Shown piece by piece: positions 45,601 through 58,927 of a stretch of DNA of 64,000 bases. Numbering within the stretch: position 1 is the first letter of the stretch; each line of letters opens with the position of its first letter. Origin of the DNA: Marsupella aquatica (Eukaryota > Plantae > Marchantiophyta); NCBI GenBank assembly GCA_973895155.1, contig OZ316896.1, forward strand, positions 1,116,001 to 1,180,000. Direction: 5' to 3'. Under the pieces are notes generated by a model. The model saw only the letters and a list, made by a program, of their open reading frames with translations. It made no database searches and was not told the origin of the DNA. Both the position numbers and the translations under genes were made by a program.

Positions 45601-48600
45601 AACAACTCAAGCAGAAGGGCCAATTTTTGTGTTTGATGAAATGAAGCACAAGTAATTCTGCTTCTTGTAAAGGCAACTACTGTCTGACCAAAATCACCAA
45701 TGTCAGAGTATGCACTCTAGTTTCGACTTTTGATACTTGTTCATGAAGCTTGCGAACCTACCACTCCCACCATATCCGCCGAACAAGAACAGGCAAGACT
45801 CCCCAGCGACTAGAGAGTGTGCAGAACGACCACCTGGGGCTTGTGATTTCAGAGGTCGACCTTTCCTTTGAACTTTGGGTTTCTCTTGATCAAGAAGTCG
45901 CCACTCCAAAGAGTCAACACAACCAGCCACTGGCGGAGAACGAATCTGTAGATTCAAACCTTATGTAAGCACACAGCCACCCTCAGGAGCAAGGAAACCA
46001 ACAAGTCTGAAAAGGTAAGACTAGATGCACTTGGAATAGAACTGAATGTAGCTGTGACCCAACATTATTGATGAAAATCTACGCCCAAAATGTCAAATCA
46101 GAACAGACACTTAAATGTCTTAATTGGGATATCACCAGCTGAACTGACGTCCATAATGCAGGGAGGCCATGATTCCATCCTCTCAGTAAAAAGATATTCT
46201 CTGACAAACTGAGTGCTAAAGTTAGGTGAAAGTCTAGGGTACCTGAAGAAGGCAAATGTCATGCAATCTTTCAGACCCATTGCGTCCACCATGAATGAAA
46301 ATAAGATCATCTTTAACCAGTACTGCAGCATGATTCGACCTCGACACAGGGGATTTTCCCCTGACCCTTGGTGCCATCCACATATTGGCCTCAGCATCAT
46401 AGACACTGCCATACTCCACCAGAACGGGTGCCAGGTCATTTCATAGCATTCACCAACAAGGAGCTTTAAGAAGTGCAACCTTTGATCTGAGATTTTGTGT
46501 CCCTTCCCACAATATTGCACCTAAGATTTCCCCAAAAAACATGATTCCAGTGGAGACACCTTTGTGTGTATGAATGGACCTTATGCTATCTGAGGAGATT
46601 ATTCCCTTGTCTCCTTTTCCACCGAAGAGAAGAAGATGTATGCCAAATGCTGTGAATGTGTGATAGCCCCTCCCACCCGGAGAAACACCTTTGGGGTGCA
46701 ATTCTTCCCACATTAGAATATCTGGTAGCATGCAGGAAAGCATCACCTTCGGAGTCAACTAAGGTATAAGACAGGCAAACAACTGCTTCGGCCACGAGCT
46801 AGGACAAGCAATGCAACGAGATACAACGACTAAATCTGCAGATTTATAATGTTACTGTCATATTCTTTTTGTACTATGCACTTTCGTGTTATGATATTCC
46901 AAAAGGTTTCTCCTTGTGGAAAATACCCTCCCCTAGATACATCTAAGTGGAGGAGAAATACAAAACAAGTGAAGTAGAGAGCAGAAAATTAGTACAACAA
47001 AGAGATCAAATAAAAGGCAACGAAATTAGTCAAAAGTTTGAGCTCCAGAGTTCACACATTTAATGGTCAATTACTACCAGACAATGTAATGTAATTACGC
47101 CCAAAACGCTGTATTTCGAACGAAGTGTGTGTGGGTGGGATTAAATCCTGTGTTGTACTAAATCCTTCCACATTGGAAGGAAATGTGGAAAGAAAAGCAA
47201 ACAGAAATCGATTTGCTCTAAAGCCACACTCGTAAATTTGACATAAGGACAGTGTGCAATCCAGAGACTCCTCGCCCAAGAGGCACCGAGGCAACAGACC
47301 TGTGTGAAGTATTGCTAAATCCGACAGCCAGTGAGAATTAAGTCCGCCATACCCACCACACACTAATATGCCTTTCTCTTGCAGCGGATGCTGGATGGCT
47401 GCATGAGTTCCTCGGAGCTTCCCTGAAAGTTTACCACCAATCACTGGACTGGTCCACTGCGAGCAAAATTCATGAAAAGGTAGTCCAATAATTTATAGTT
47501 AAATAATCCTGACAATCTGTACAAAAAGATGCATAGATGAAGTGGTAGAGAACATTCCAAAACGACCAAATATTTAATGAAAAATGAAATTCGAAGATCC
47601 GGCAATAGTTGCTAGCCATACCTGTAAAGAGTCCGTGTTAAGAACATGAACATCCCCATACATGGTGAAGTTATCGCTACCTCCTATTACCCATAACTGG
47701 TTGGAGTCAATCAAAGTTGCAGTATGGTAAGCTCGGGCACTAAGAGGTGTATGTTTCTGGAGCAGCTTCCACTGATTCGTTTCAATGTTAAATTCCCATA
47801 AGTCATTGAAGAACTCATTGGAGTTTCGTCCCCCAATCATGAACAGCTTCTTTCCAACCAGAGTGGTGGTGTGGCCAGCACGTCCCTTCAGGAGACGCTG
47901 GCCTATCAAGACAAGTAAGACAGTCAAGACGAAGGAAATTGTTGAAGAACAAAAAAAAACTACACTAGGTCAAAAAGCCAGGCTGGTCAATTTTGCTCGT
48001 TGACTTGGAAATGAATTCACTTGAAAATTCACAGAGCACTAACAAAGATGGACTTTTTGATGCTCTGTGAGAAGTACTAAACCGTCTAGTAACAGCGAGT
48101 TCGGCTATCGTTTTTTTTCTTTTCTTTTTAGATTTAGTTCAAACACACATGCTGGAGACAAGCATACAAATTCCCAACTGTGAATATCATCACAGGTTAC
48201 GAAAATGGGTTGGTACAAGGGTCGACTCTCTATTAAGGACATTCCTCATTTGTGAATGTCAATTAAGTAGCCTTTTATTTCTTTTCTCTGCAATGTTTCT
48301 GGCTCAGACCAAAGATCGCGCCTCTTAAATAGCCTAAACTTGAAGGAACTGAACTGGTGCCAACCTCGAAGAACCTTCACATTAGTTCTACACAAGCACC
48401 CGTCGAATTCGATTAACATTTTTGCACCATGTGCTCAAAACTCAAAACTCATTTTAAAAGTAATAATTTCTGGTTGAATGAAATTCCCTCCCCATGCCCC
48501 TATTATTCTAAACAGCAACGGTCAAGTAAAATCTGGCCCTCCCCATTCGCTCTCTGCCAAGAAGTGAGAAAACAACTAAATGCACTTAACAATCTTCAGC

Positions 48601-48731
48601 GAACAAAACTTGCTCGTTCAATTCGGTCCGTAAAAGTACGTGCTCAGGGGGAGGATGTGGAGGAGGAGGATGAAGTGAGCAGAACGATTACCAGGTAAAG
48701 ACTTCCACAGAGGGAGCCGTGATTTTGCCAT
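42604..48731 (-). CDS. Kelch-repeat beta-propeller protein with a C-terminal coiled coil (multi-exon)
   Basis: Probable first exon 48731-48692 (MAKSRLPLWKSLPG). Kelch repeats: RAGHTTT..FMIGG, RAYHTAT..WVIGG, RGTH..VCGG, RGYHT..LFGG, RSNHAA..IHGG, RSAHS..LFGG. Long heptad-rich exon at 43066-43740. Stop TGA at 42606-42604. Confidence 0.85.
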
Positions 48732-51700
48732 TGGTGACAGACATGAGCTGTGACGTGAGTCGAGTGGCGATGCACATCAAGCGCGGAGAACGAGGGGAAT
48801 ACCTCTCTCGCCAATCGACACTCTACTCCGCTGTGGAAACGAAATTCAAATCTTCAAATTGAACTCCAGAGATCTCTAAAGCAGCTTTCGCAACATGAGC
48901 AATTCCGAAGGAAACTCAATCCACGAACTGTGTCCGTCCATCTCCACCCGGAAATCAGAAGGCTTCAGCAGGCTTGCCAACTGGATTGCTGTTCTCAGCT
49001 TGCCCGGGAAGCTACACACTTTTGTTTTTTTGAGGGTGGAAGGAGGACTGAGGTCATTTGAGGCAAATAAAAGGAACAATTTTATCTTTTTCTCTGTTAT
49101 GTTTGGACAAGCCCTATGCCAGTGTGTTGCATGGCACAAGGAGGGTCAGCCCATAGGGAGTGGGGGCTGGGGCATTTATGGGGCAGTGTGGGGAAGCACG
49201 TATGTGCCGAGGTTGCCCATTCCTCCATCAATGATCAGGGAAAACAGACAATCGAATCCAAAGGTTGTGAATCTTTCCCGCCCAAGAGTTTTTTTGTATT
49301 GGGATGAAGGACTCAAAAAGGCGGGATCCCTTATTATAGTTGTAGACTAGCTCAATAGGGCGTGTCAAAGCACAAAGGATAATTATAACTCAGTTATGGC
49401 TCAGGACATAAAACGTTGTTGCCGCTAGGACAAAATCGTTACGGGCTACCAAAATACTGAGCAAAATATATACCCCCATAAGGATGATATGTCCAGAAAC
49501 ATTAAGCCGTAACACTTTGGTTAAGGGAGAACTGTGTAAGAAAAAGTTGGTTCCAAACTAGACAACAATGTGAAACATGAGAGCACTAAATTTCACACTA
49601 CACAAACAAAACACCACCAAGATAGAGAAACTTATGAAAGATCTACAGCTCATGAGAAAGTACATGTGAAGAATGAGGAAGAGAATTCTCACTCTCCAAC
49701 CTATACCCCCCAAGGGGACCGGGATGTGTGGGCCTAAACTAAATATATTTTATCCTAATGTAATCCAGAGATAACTAACCCTAGTAAAGCCAAACTAAGT
49801 AAACTAGAAGTTGGGAGCTCAAGTCAATTCTTAACAAAGGGTTCAACTTGGCCCCATGAATTTGACTTCAATCCAAAAGAAAACCCAAAAACAACACGTA
49901 CCACCCCTATCCCTCCAAGAGTAAAAATAAAGAAACAAAAAATAAATTAAACAAAATCATAGAAATATATCTATTCTCCCTAAAACATGTGGCCCATCCC
50001 TTTTTATATGTGCCTCTTGTATACTAAGAGGTGTAGGTAAAGGTGTACCATGTACCATCATATTTTTATATATTTCATATTTACATATCAGTCCCTTTCA
50101 TCCCCTTGTTTTGCTTGCAATACTTTATATGACCATCTACATTCACAACAGTTTTGCAATGACACAATTCCCAACGACAATACCTTTATAACAACTGTTC
50201 CAACCTTTTATTAGGACATCCATTTGAATTATTATGGACTCAAGTTGATGGTGTTGATTGGGTAGGCTCCAAGGTGACCTCAGTGAAACTATTCTATGAT
50301 TGGGAAGGCTTCATCTCAAATGGGGGGAGGACAAAACGTGTGCCTGACTGGGCCAAAGGATAGGGTAGCCAGGTTAATAGCTGTTTCAACTGGGTTGTCA
50401 TTGCAGTTGCTTCCCTGGGCCCTCAACGTTACTAATACAGGGAGGACTTGCGAACAACACAGTCAAGAGTATTTTTAATGTAATGCAAACTAACTTTTAT
50501 AATATTTTTTAAAGTAGGCAACATCCATGTATATATATTCTGCACAATATTAGTAATAAGACTCTTATCAAATACATGTCACATTAATCTTATGCAAGGG
50601 TACCCAAAATGCCAAAGGACACATGTCACTGTATGGTTGGCACACATGTCCATATAGTAAATCAGACATTTAATTATTTGTCATCTTAAGGCAAGATTGG
50701 TTTCGTGGCCCCCTTACGGTGGGACAAATGGGTTTGGGTAGACATGTTTACCCACATGTTTTGGAGTTAAGTCAGGAGTTGAGTAAATGTTGGGCCAAGA
50801 TCTATCTTTGGGCTCAACTTGGTTGGGGTTCTGGGATTGATGGGGACCCATGGATCAATCACACATAGACGGACAAGATTACTTTTGAATTCCTTTGAAT
50901 CAAACGGCCAGGTATGAGGCCCCTGATGAGGCCAGGTGTGTTTGTGTGTGGAGGGGTGTACTCCCGTGATCATTGGGGTGGGGGTTGGGGGGGGCATCGG
51001 GTGCTCAAACAATGTTTGTTACAGTTCTCAGTCCCGGTGCATACTATTCATTTCAGAGTACCCTTAAACCACCATTTATGAATCCCTTAGTGTAGTCATC
51101 GAAACAAGTGGAGCTTTCTTCAAACTATCAATGATGTTTCAACAAGCTCCAGCTCTCCATGAGGGACCCCTTCCAGTCAGCACTAGTACACCTCATTGGA
51201 GGCCTGCAAAGCTAGAAGACATGGCTCCTCCTTTTTCAGATTTAGTCTCTACTTAGATGCATATCATTTGTACTTAGCTAAACATATTCTCTGCTCTTTG
51301 TTGAAAACAATTCAAAGTATTTGTTCCTTCTATGTTTTTCATTTGCTTTGTCCTTTTAGTTCTCTCTGGAATTGTTCCTCTTTGTTTCCTTGTAATTGCT
51401 GTTGCGCTTTTTCAGAAAATTAAGCTTGGATGGACTGGTGGATTGGCAGTGAACCTGGCTGGAATGTCAAAGTTGGATAACATCCTTTACAATTTTGATT
51501 GAAATGTGACCTCTAAAGGATCTCATTTGCAGTTTGTTTCAATTGTTCTACTTAGTGGTAAGTCACTATTCATGGTGTCCTTCACAAAAGTCAAATGTCT
51601 ATTTTCAGTTAATTTATAATATTTGACTATCTTAGTGCTTGCCAGTAAAAGAGCAAATGGTCTCATAAAATTCTCAAACTTTTTTGTATAATAGATTGGA

Positions 51701-52269
51701 CATCAAAGAAGCTGCAAGGAAAATTTTGAACAAAATTGTTATACCTATATACAAAAGTTGTGTAGATAAATGGACAAGCCTACCAAAACTGAAAGTTCCA
51801 GTTGCTGTGGGCGACTGAAATAATTACTTGTGACCGCACTTTTCCACCCGGGCTATTGCGCTAACTCCAGGCCTCAGATCTTTCACTACGTCTACAGCTT
51901 CTACACACCTCTCAGACTTCTCCCCCCTGCTTTGCTCATGCCCTAAAAGTAAGACCGGGCCATGTTTTGGCCTTGTTTTCTGGTGGTCGGTAGCCCAGAT
52001 AGCCCAGATAGAGACTGTCTCCAACATTCTTCTTTGCTTCTCTTTTTTCACTCATTTCTTATTCTTTCCTTGGGTTCTACTCAACTACAACTATATTAGA
52101 CAATGCCGCCATTTTTCATTTTTTGTCCCGTTATGAATTGAATTTATCCAGAATTACCAGAAATCAAAACTGTCCGTTAGATATTTTAGAGGATTTTCGT
52201 ATCCGTTTAATTAGCACTTGTCCTCTCTGGTGAGGTCTCCAGCCTGTGCCTTCATTATGGATCCCCCTC

Positions 52270-52601
52270 TGTTGAACTAAGATGTCATTCGCAACGACCA
52301 TACAACCATGACTCATTCCATGCACACGTAGTCGACACAATCTCTACGTGGTTCACCTCTTCTCCAAGGCTACGTCCACACGAACACTCAAGCTTTACTT
52401 CAAGAGTAAACGAACACACATACTCTCCCTCTTCCTCAAGTTGCTCCGTTACAATCAGTAAGCACCACACACCAGCGGCTTACACTAGCCCTGGTATATA
52501 CAAGGTCACACACGACTAACCTAACCTCAGCTAAGATCCTAACTGTGGTTAGCCTAAGTGCCGTAACCTATGAGTCACAAGACTAAGAGCAATTCTTAAC
52601 A
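52270..52601 (-). repeat. 3' LTR of the copia element
   Basis: 332-bp copy of 58596-58927, preceded on the minus strand by the PPT AAGGGGGAGTT (52602-52612). Confidence 0.97.
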
Positions 52602-52805
52602 AACTCCCCCTTGACTCTAGTCTTGGGGACTACAATTTCTGCTATCCATATGAGATACTCAGCGGGAAATTCTAGACAATCACCTAAAACCATAGGTGTC
52701 CCCCTAAAAACCATTTAAGGTTAACTAAGGGTTAACTAGAATTAAGCCGTAACCATAACAGGATTGAGTAACCCATATATAGAAATTACATATTGTTAAG
52801 TTACT

Positions 52806-55800
52806 CTACTTGTGCTGTAAATGCAAAATTTGTAAAGTAGCACGGTGTCTTGAGTAACTCTCCAAAGGAATCACTTTGGTAAAAGCATCAGCCAGGTTGA
52901 GCTTTCCATCAATCTTGACTAGCTCAAACATTTTATCAGACACTGCTTGCCTAATAAAATGGTACCTGATGTCAATGTGTTTCACCCTGCTATCCATAAC
53001 CTGGTTTATAGCTAGGTGAAGCACACTTTGGCTGTCACAATGAAGAGTCATTTTTCCATGCTCCAATCCCATCTCAGTGACCAGCTTATCCAACCAAATT
53101 GCTTCCTTTGCTGCTTCTGCTGCTGCAACATATTCTGCTTCTGTAGTAGATTGAGATACACACTTCTGCAAGGTAGATCTCCAGCTTATGCATCCTCTTC
53201 CAAGAGTAAACACATACCCAGTCGTTGACCTCCTTGTTTCCAGACAGCCTCCGTAGTCAGAATCTACATAGCCAACCAAAGATTTGGTTTTGTTTGATCT
53301 ACTATCAAACAACAGACCATAGTCTATTGTGCCCTTAAGATACCTGAGAATCCATTTCACAGCCTCCCAATGTACCTTCCCTGGATTTGACATGAATCTA
53401 CTCACTTTGCCCATTGCTAGGGCTAGATCAGGCCTGGTACATGTCATCAAATACATTAGACTGCCCACTGCCTTCTCATAAGGAACCTTAGTCATCAAGC
53501 CTCTCTCCACTGGATTCGTGGGGCAGAAAGCCGATGATAACTTGAAATGTGGAGCCAAATGAATACTTACTGGCTTACAATTTTCCATGTTGAATCTTGC
53601 AAGTACCTTTTCAGCATACTTGCCTTGATTCAGCCACAATTGTCCAGTTTCAAAGTTCCTCGTAATCTCCATACCTAAGATCCTCTTGGCTTTCCCAAGA
53701 TCCTTCATTCGGAATTCAGAACTCAATTTTGCTTTGAGTTTGTCAACCTCAGTTTGATCCTTAGCAGCAATCAACATGTCATCCACATAGAGCACCAGAA
53801 TGAGCAAACCAAACACACCATTCTTGACTGATTTTGTATACACACAAGGGTCATACACCATCCTAGTGAATCCTTGTGCAAGCATGAAATCATCAAACCG
53901 CTTGTTCCACTATCGAGGAGCTTGCTTCAATCCATACAAGGACTTAAGCAACCTGTAAACTAAACTCTCTTGGCCCTTCTTCACAAAGCCCAGTGGTTGC
54001 CTCATGAAAATTTGTTCTTCCAAGGTGCCATAGAGAAAAGCAGTAACAACATCCATTTGATCTAACACCAGATCAAAAAATACAACAAGTTGACACAAAA
54101 TTCGTATCGTGGAATACTTGGCAACTGGAGAGAAGACCTCATTGTAATCCACTCCCTTCTCTTGAGTGAATCCCTTGGCAACAAGCCTTGCCTTGTATAT
54201 CTTGTCTCCTTCATCTGAAGAGTTGTCCTTCAGCTTGTAAATCCACTTGCTATCCACCACTTGTTGATCACTTGGCAGTTGCACCAGCTCCCATGTTCTG
54301 TTGTCACTTAAAGATTTCAACTCCCTCTGCATCGCTGCATTCCATTCATCTTTCTCGTCTAAAATGCATGCCTCATGATAAGAAGAAGGTTCTCCTTCTT
54401 CCAAGATCAGTGCTCTGTCATCATCTTCAGGTGCAATGTCAACATCATCTAACCTTGATGAATCTGTCCATTGTCCATACCTTGTAGGAGCTCGAGTAGT
54501 ACGTCTTGATTTTCTAGCTGATGATTCTGGTTGATCTTGTTCTGTTGGTTGAATTTGAGGTATTCCAACAACAACTTGCTCCTCTTGTTCCAATACCGGA
54601 ACCAGCTCTATTCTCGGAGCACCTCCTTCATTTATGTCATGAAAACTCTCATGACCAATCTCCCCCACAACATGGTCCAGGATATGAGATTTACCTTTGT
54701 CAGTACGGGAAGCCTGAGCATTCTCCCCCTCCTTTGATGATCTGGATTCATTAAAGGATACATCTCTACTGACAAGCAACGTACAAGCTTCTGGATCCCA
54801 TAGCCTGTAACCTTTCACACCTGGTTGATAACCAAGAAAAAAACACTTCTTGGAAGTAGAATCTAGTTTAGATCGATTCTGCTTAGGTGTGAGAGCATAT
54901 GTATCACTTCCAAAGACTCTCAAAACCTGATAGTCTGCGTGCCGTCTATACCTCATTTCAAACGGCGTCTTGAAATTGATTGCACTCGAAGGAGAAAGAT
55001 TTACCAAATAAGCTGCCATATTTATAGCTTCAGCCCAAAATTCATGCGATAAACCTGATTGGCTCAACATACTCCTCGATCGCTCCAATAGTGTTCGGTT
55101 TAGTCGCTCACAAACACCATTTTATTGAGGAGTATAAATTGTCGTGAGATGACGAGTAATCCCTTGCTCTACACAATATAGTTCAAACTTACTTGAACTG
55201 TACTCCCCGCCGTTATCTGATCGCAGATATCTCACCTTGGATCCAGTCTGATTCTCAATTTGGGCTTTCCACTTCTTAAAAGTGCCAAAAACTTCAGACT
55301 TGGCGTGTAGAAATGTGATCCACACATACCGTGAGTAATCATCAATGAATGTGACATAGTACAATTTTCCAGAAAGTGAGGGAGTTGGGGCTGGACCCCA
55401 CACATCACTATGTACATACTCAAGTATAGCTTTGGTATTGTGAGTTCCAACACCAAAGGTTCTCCTGTGCTGCTTCCCAAGCACACAGTGTTCACAAAAA
55501 TCTAGCTTAGTAGATTCCAAATTAGAAAGAAGTCCTTTCCTGCAAAGTACTGCCAAACCCTTTTCACTCATGTGTCCCAATCTGTAGTGCCATAACTGAG
55601 TCATCTCGCCTTGAGATCTAGTTACATTGGCTTCTTCACAAATCACGTTGCCCTCCAACAAATATAGATTCCTGTGCCGCTTACCCTTCATGACAACCTT
55701 GCCTCCGGTTGACACTTGAAGAATACCATCAGCAGAACTCCACCGACGTCCATTTGCTTCCAGCATTCCAAGAGAAATCAAGTTCTTTTTCATGTCAAGT

Positions 55801-56945
55801 ATGTGTCTGACATTACTCACTGTTCGCACAGCTCCATCAAACATCCAAATTTTCACGGATCCAATTCCAACAATTTGACAAGGATGATCATTCCCCATCA
55901 ACACGGAACCAGTTGATACTGAGTAAGAAGTAAAAAACTCTTTCATACAACAAATATGATAGGTACAGGCACAATCTAAAATCCATTCATCACCGTTGTT
56001 ACTGGATGAAATGCAAAGGGCAACATCTGGACTTCACAAGATTTCATCATCAAGCAAGTCAATCATAACAACATCAGTGGCTGCGTTCGCTGATGGTTGA
56101 TGAGTCTGCTTGACTCGACAATCTTGTTTCATGTGGCCAGGCTTGTTACATTTCTAACATATAATTGGTTTTCTTTCTAGAGATTTCTCTCTAGACCTGG
56201 ATCTAGACTTAGACCGAGCCTTCTCCTTGCCTCTCTTCTGTGAGGGGTACGTTTGTGAAAAGGACCTGTTTTCACCAGTCATCCGCTGTTGAGTCCTCCC
56301 GCGGTTCACATTCAATGCACTGCCAGATAAAGATGGTGTCTGGGCATGACCCAGTTTCTTCTGTGCATCATCTGACAACAAAGAGCTTACCACCTCATCA
56401 TATGAAATGGTTTTGAGATCTCTATACAAGAGAACCTGCTTCAAACCTTGATACAATGGGGGTAAGGAACTGAGAAGAAGCAATGCCTTATCTTCATCTT
56501 CCACTCCCTTGCCAAGATTTGACAAATCTACAGCTAGGCTGTCGAATTCATCCAAGTGATCTCGAAGCTTGCCTCCTTCTTTTAGCCTCAAGCTTATCAA
56601 GAGAGACTTCTTGTACAACCGATCTGAGGCATCCTCTCGGTAGTACTTCTCTCTGAGGGCCTTGAATAAGGATACGCAATCCTCGTAGTCGTCCAGCTTC
56701 TTAATGATATGCGGCTTCAGATACAGCATAATCGCATTCACAGCAATCACTTGCTCTTGCCTCCATTTCCTCAACGGGATCTCCTCCTCACTGCTAGACT
56801 CCTCTCGAGTTGATAGCAGATGATCTAGGCCCATAGCACGAAGAATTCCCTTAACCTGCTTCTCCCATAGCAAATAATCTGTGCGCCCATCATATTTTTC
56901 CACCTCAAACTTGGATGCCATCGTTGTCCTCCCAATGTTCTCCAC
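52806..56945 (-). pseudogene. Copia gag-pol polyprotein: one reading frame interrupted by four in-frame stops
   Basis: Gag (KFEVEKYDG...), knuckle C*KCNKPGHMKQDC, protease WILDCACTYH, integrase HYRLGH..CEHC, DVWGP, SDNGGEY, RT YKARLVAKG / YVDD, RNase H KHIDIRYHF. Stops at 56154-56156, 56034-56036, 55122-55124, 53910-53912. Confidence 0.93.
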
Positions 56946-58581
56946 GTGCTATTGCTGTGCTACTCCCTATATGCTTTTTCCTTCCTTCCTTCTCGTTGAC
57001 TCAAATCCAAATCATGAAAAAATGTCATTTTTCGCAACTTTCCAAAAAACTTGAAACTTGTCACCGCCACTTAGCCCACCAACCTAGCAAGCCAACGCTG
57101 AAATCCAAAATTGAAATCGAGTTCCGACAGAAAACTTTTTCACGTTTCGGTCGGGGTGGGTAAAACTCAAAAATTCTTCCCCGTTTTGACCACCTTGGGG
57201 AAGAAGAAAAATTCCAAGTACCACCCGTCGTCAGAAATTCAAATCGAGTAGTGCACCGCGTTGCTAGCTTCAGTGGCTACGTTCTCGCCAAAAAAGATCC
57301 GAAAAAAATTACTGTTCGGACCTTGGAATCTTCGACTAAAGGCCAAAAAACAACTCTCTGTTTTTTTTGGAATATTCCTTGGACTGTGCAACAGGTCTCA
57401 CAGGGGGCCGTTCCCCTTGTCCAAGCGGTTAATTTGGTGGGTCACCGGGCCCGGGATGCCGTTTAACGAATGAGGAGCCTGGAAAGGAATAAAAAACTGG
57501 GCCTAAGGGGGTTTAAGCCCCTTAACACAAAAATACTGTCTTAAAAAAGGCACATCCGCAAACCCTATACGCGTGACGGGCCAGGCAGTGCACAGGGGGC
57601 CATGGAGTAAAAAACCGAGTCAAAATGGGCAGGGATGGAGCTGCGACGGCCGAGACGTCCGGGACGGCCGCGACGGTCGGGACGTCTGGGACGTCCGTGC
57701 CAGCTGCGACGTCTGGGACGTCCGGGACGTCCGCGATGGGAGTATTAGCGAGGAGGAGGAGGGGGCCGCCAACGGGGTATTGACAGGGGTGCAAGGGTCG
57801 GGAGGGTGTGTATACACACCACCAAAAAGGCCCTATTCTAAGGCAAAATGTGCACAAAAAATAAATTTCTTGGGTTACTCACACTGCCGTTATCACTTTA
57901 CACCAGATAAAGACTAGTTGTCGACGGGAAATATTACCGAATTGCACCGGCACCGTTTGCAACTCTAGCAGAGTAAAACATTCCCGTCACGACTCCTTCA
58001 CTCTGCGTCAAGTGTCAATCTTGGACTCAAAACGACCACTGCACCGCGATCTCTCCGTTGAGCCGTTGCACTTCCCGTTTCTTCCTTTGAGTCGAACGCA
58101 ACGACAAGAAACCCCGCTTCAGTCAAAAGAAGACTCCATAGCCAGTTAGAAACTCAGAACGGCTCTTTTGCTTGGTACATCGCACTCACTACACCCTCGA
58201 TAGCAAACCAGCTACCGAAATGATCAGCTTTGCCCGATCTACGATTTGAGCTAAAGATTGTGACGCCTCGCGCACCACAAAGCTCACACCGTCGGGAAAA
58301 CGATCTCAGTTCCCCCCCAAAAGAACCGTCGAAGAAAACCGTAGAACACGAATCCCAAAAAATCCAGAACGACGGAAACGTGAATTCCTCCGCACCACGA
58401 ACTTTGTTAAGAGATTTCTTTGCACCGTCGGAAAGCCCTTGCCCCGATCTATCCGTTGAGCCCAACACCTCCAAGTTCCATGCGATAGATCTCCGTGAAA
58501 TCCACCAACTCTAACCGCTGGAAAAACCGTCACCAACACGTCACGAAAATTTTGATCACCTCAACGTCACCTCCCAGGCTT

Positions 58582-58593
58582 GCTCTGATACCA
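58582..58593 (-). other. Primer binding site complementary to initiator tRNA-Met
   Basis: Minus strand reads TGGTATCAGAGC, 2 nt inside the 5' LTR. Confidence 0.95.
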
Positions 58594-58595
58594 AT

Positions 58596-58927
58596 TGTTG
58601 AACTAAGATGTCATTCGCAACGACCATACAACCATGACTCATTCCATGCACACGTAGTCGACACAATCTCTACGTGGTTCACCTTTTCTCCAAGGCTACG
58701 TCCACACGAACACTCAAGCTTTACTTCAAGAGTAAACGAACACACATGCTCTCCCTCTTCCTCAAGTTGCTCCGTTACAATCAGTAAGCACCACACACCA
58801 GCGGCTTACACTAGCCCTGGTATATACAAGGTCACACACGACTAACCTAACCTCAGCTAAGATCCTAATTGTGGTTAGCCTAAGTGCCATAACCTATGAG
58901 TCACAAGACTAAGAGCAATTCTTAACA
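58596..58927 (-). repeat. 5' LTR of the copia element
   Basis: TGTTGAAC...TTCTTAACA; 4 transitions relative to the other LTR; adjacent to the PBS. Confidence 0.97.

Larger units (their letters stand above)
52270..58927 (-). mobile_element. Full-length Ty1/copia LTR retrotransposon (6658 bp)
   Basis: Two 332-bp TG...CA LTRs, 5-bp TSD CCCTC (52265-52269 and 58928-58932), PBS, PPT, and gag-PR-IN-RT-RH domain order. Confidence 0.98.

Noticed and set aside
49900-52260. TE-like AT-rich and low-complexity tract (similar character at 36450-37100)
   Set aside because: No TIR/TSD pair or coding remnant could be delimited by eye.
52285-52470. Duplicated 61-aa ORF (also at 58611-58796)
   Set aside because: Incidental reading frame inside the two LTRs.
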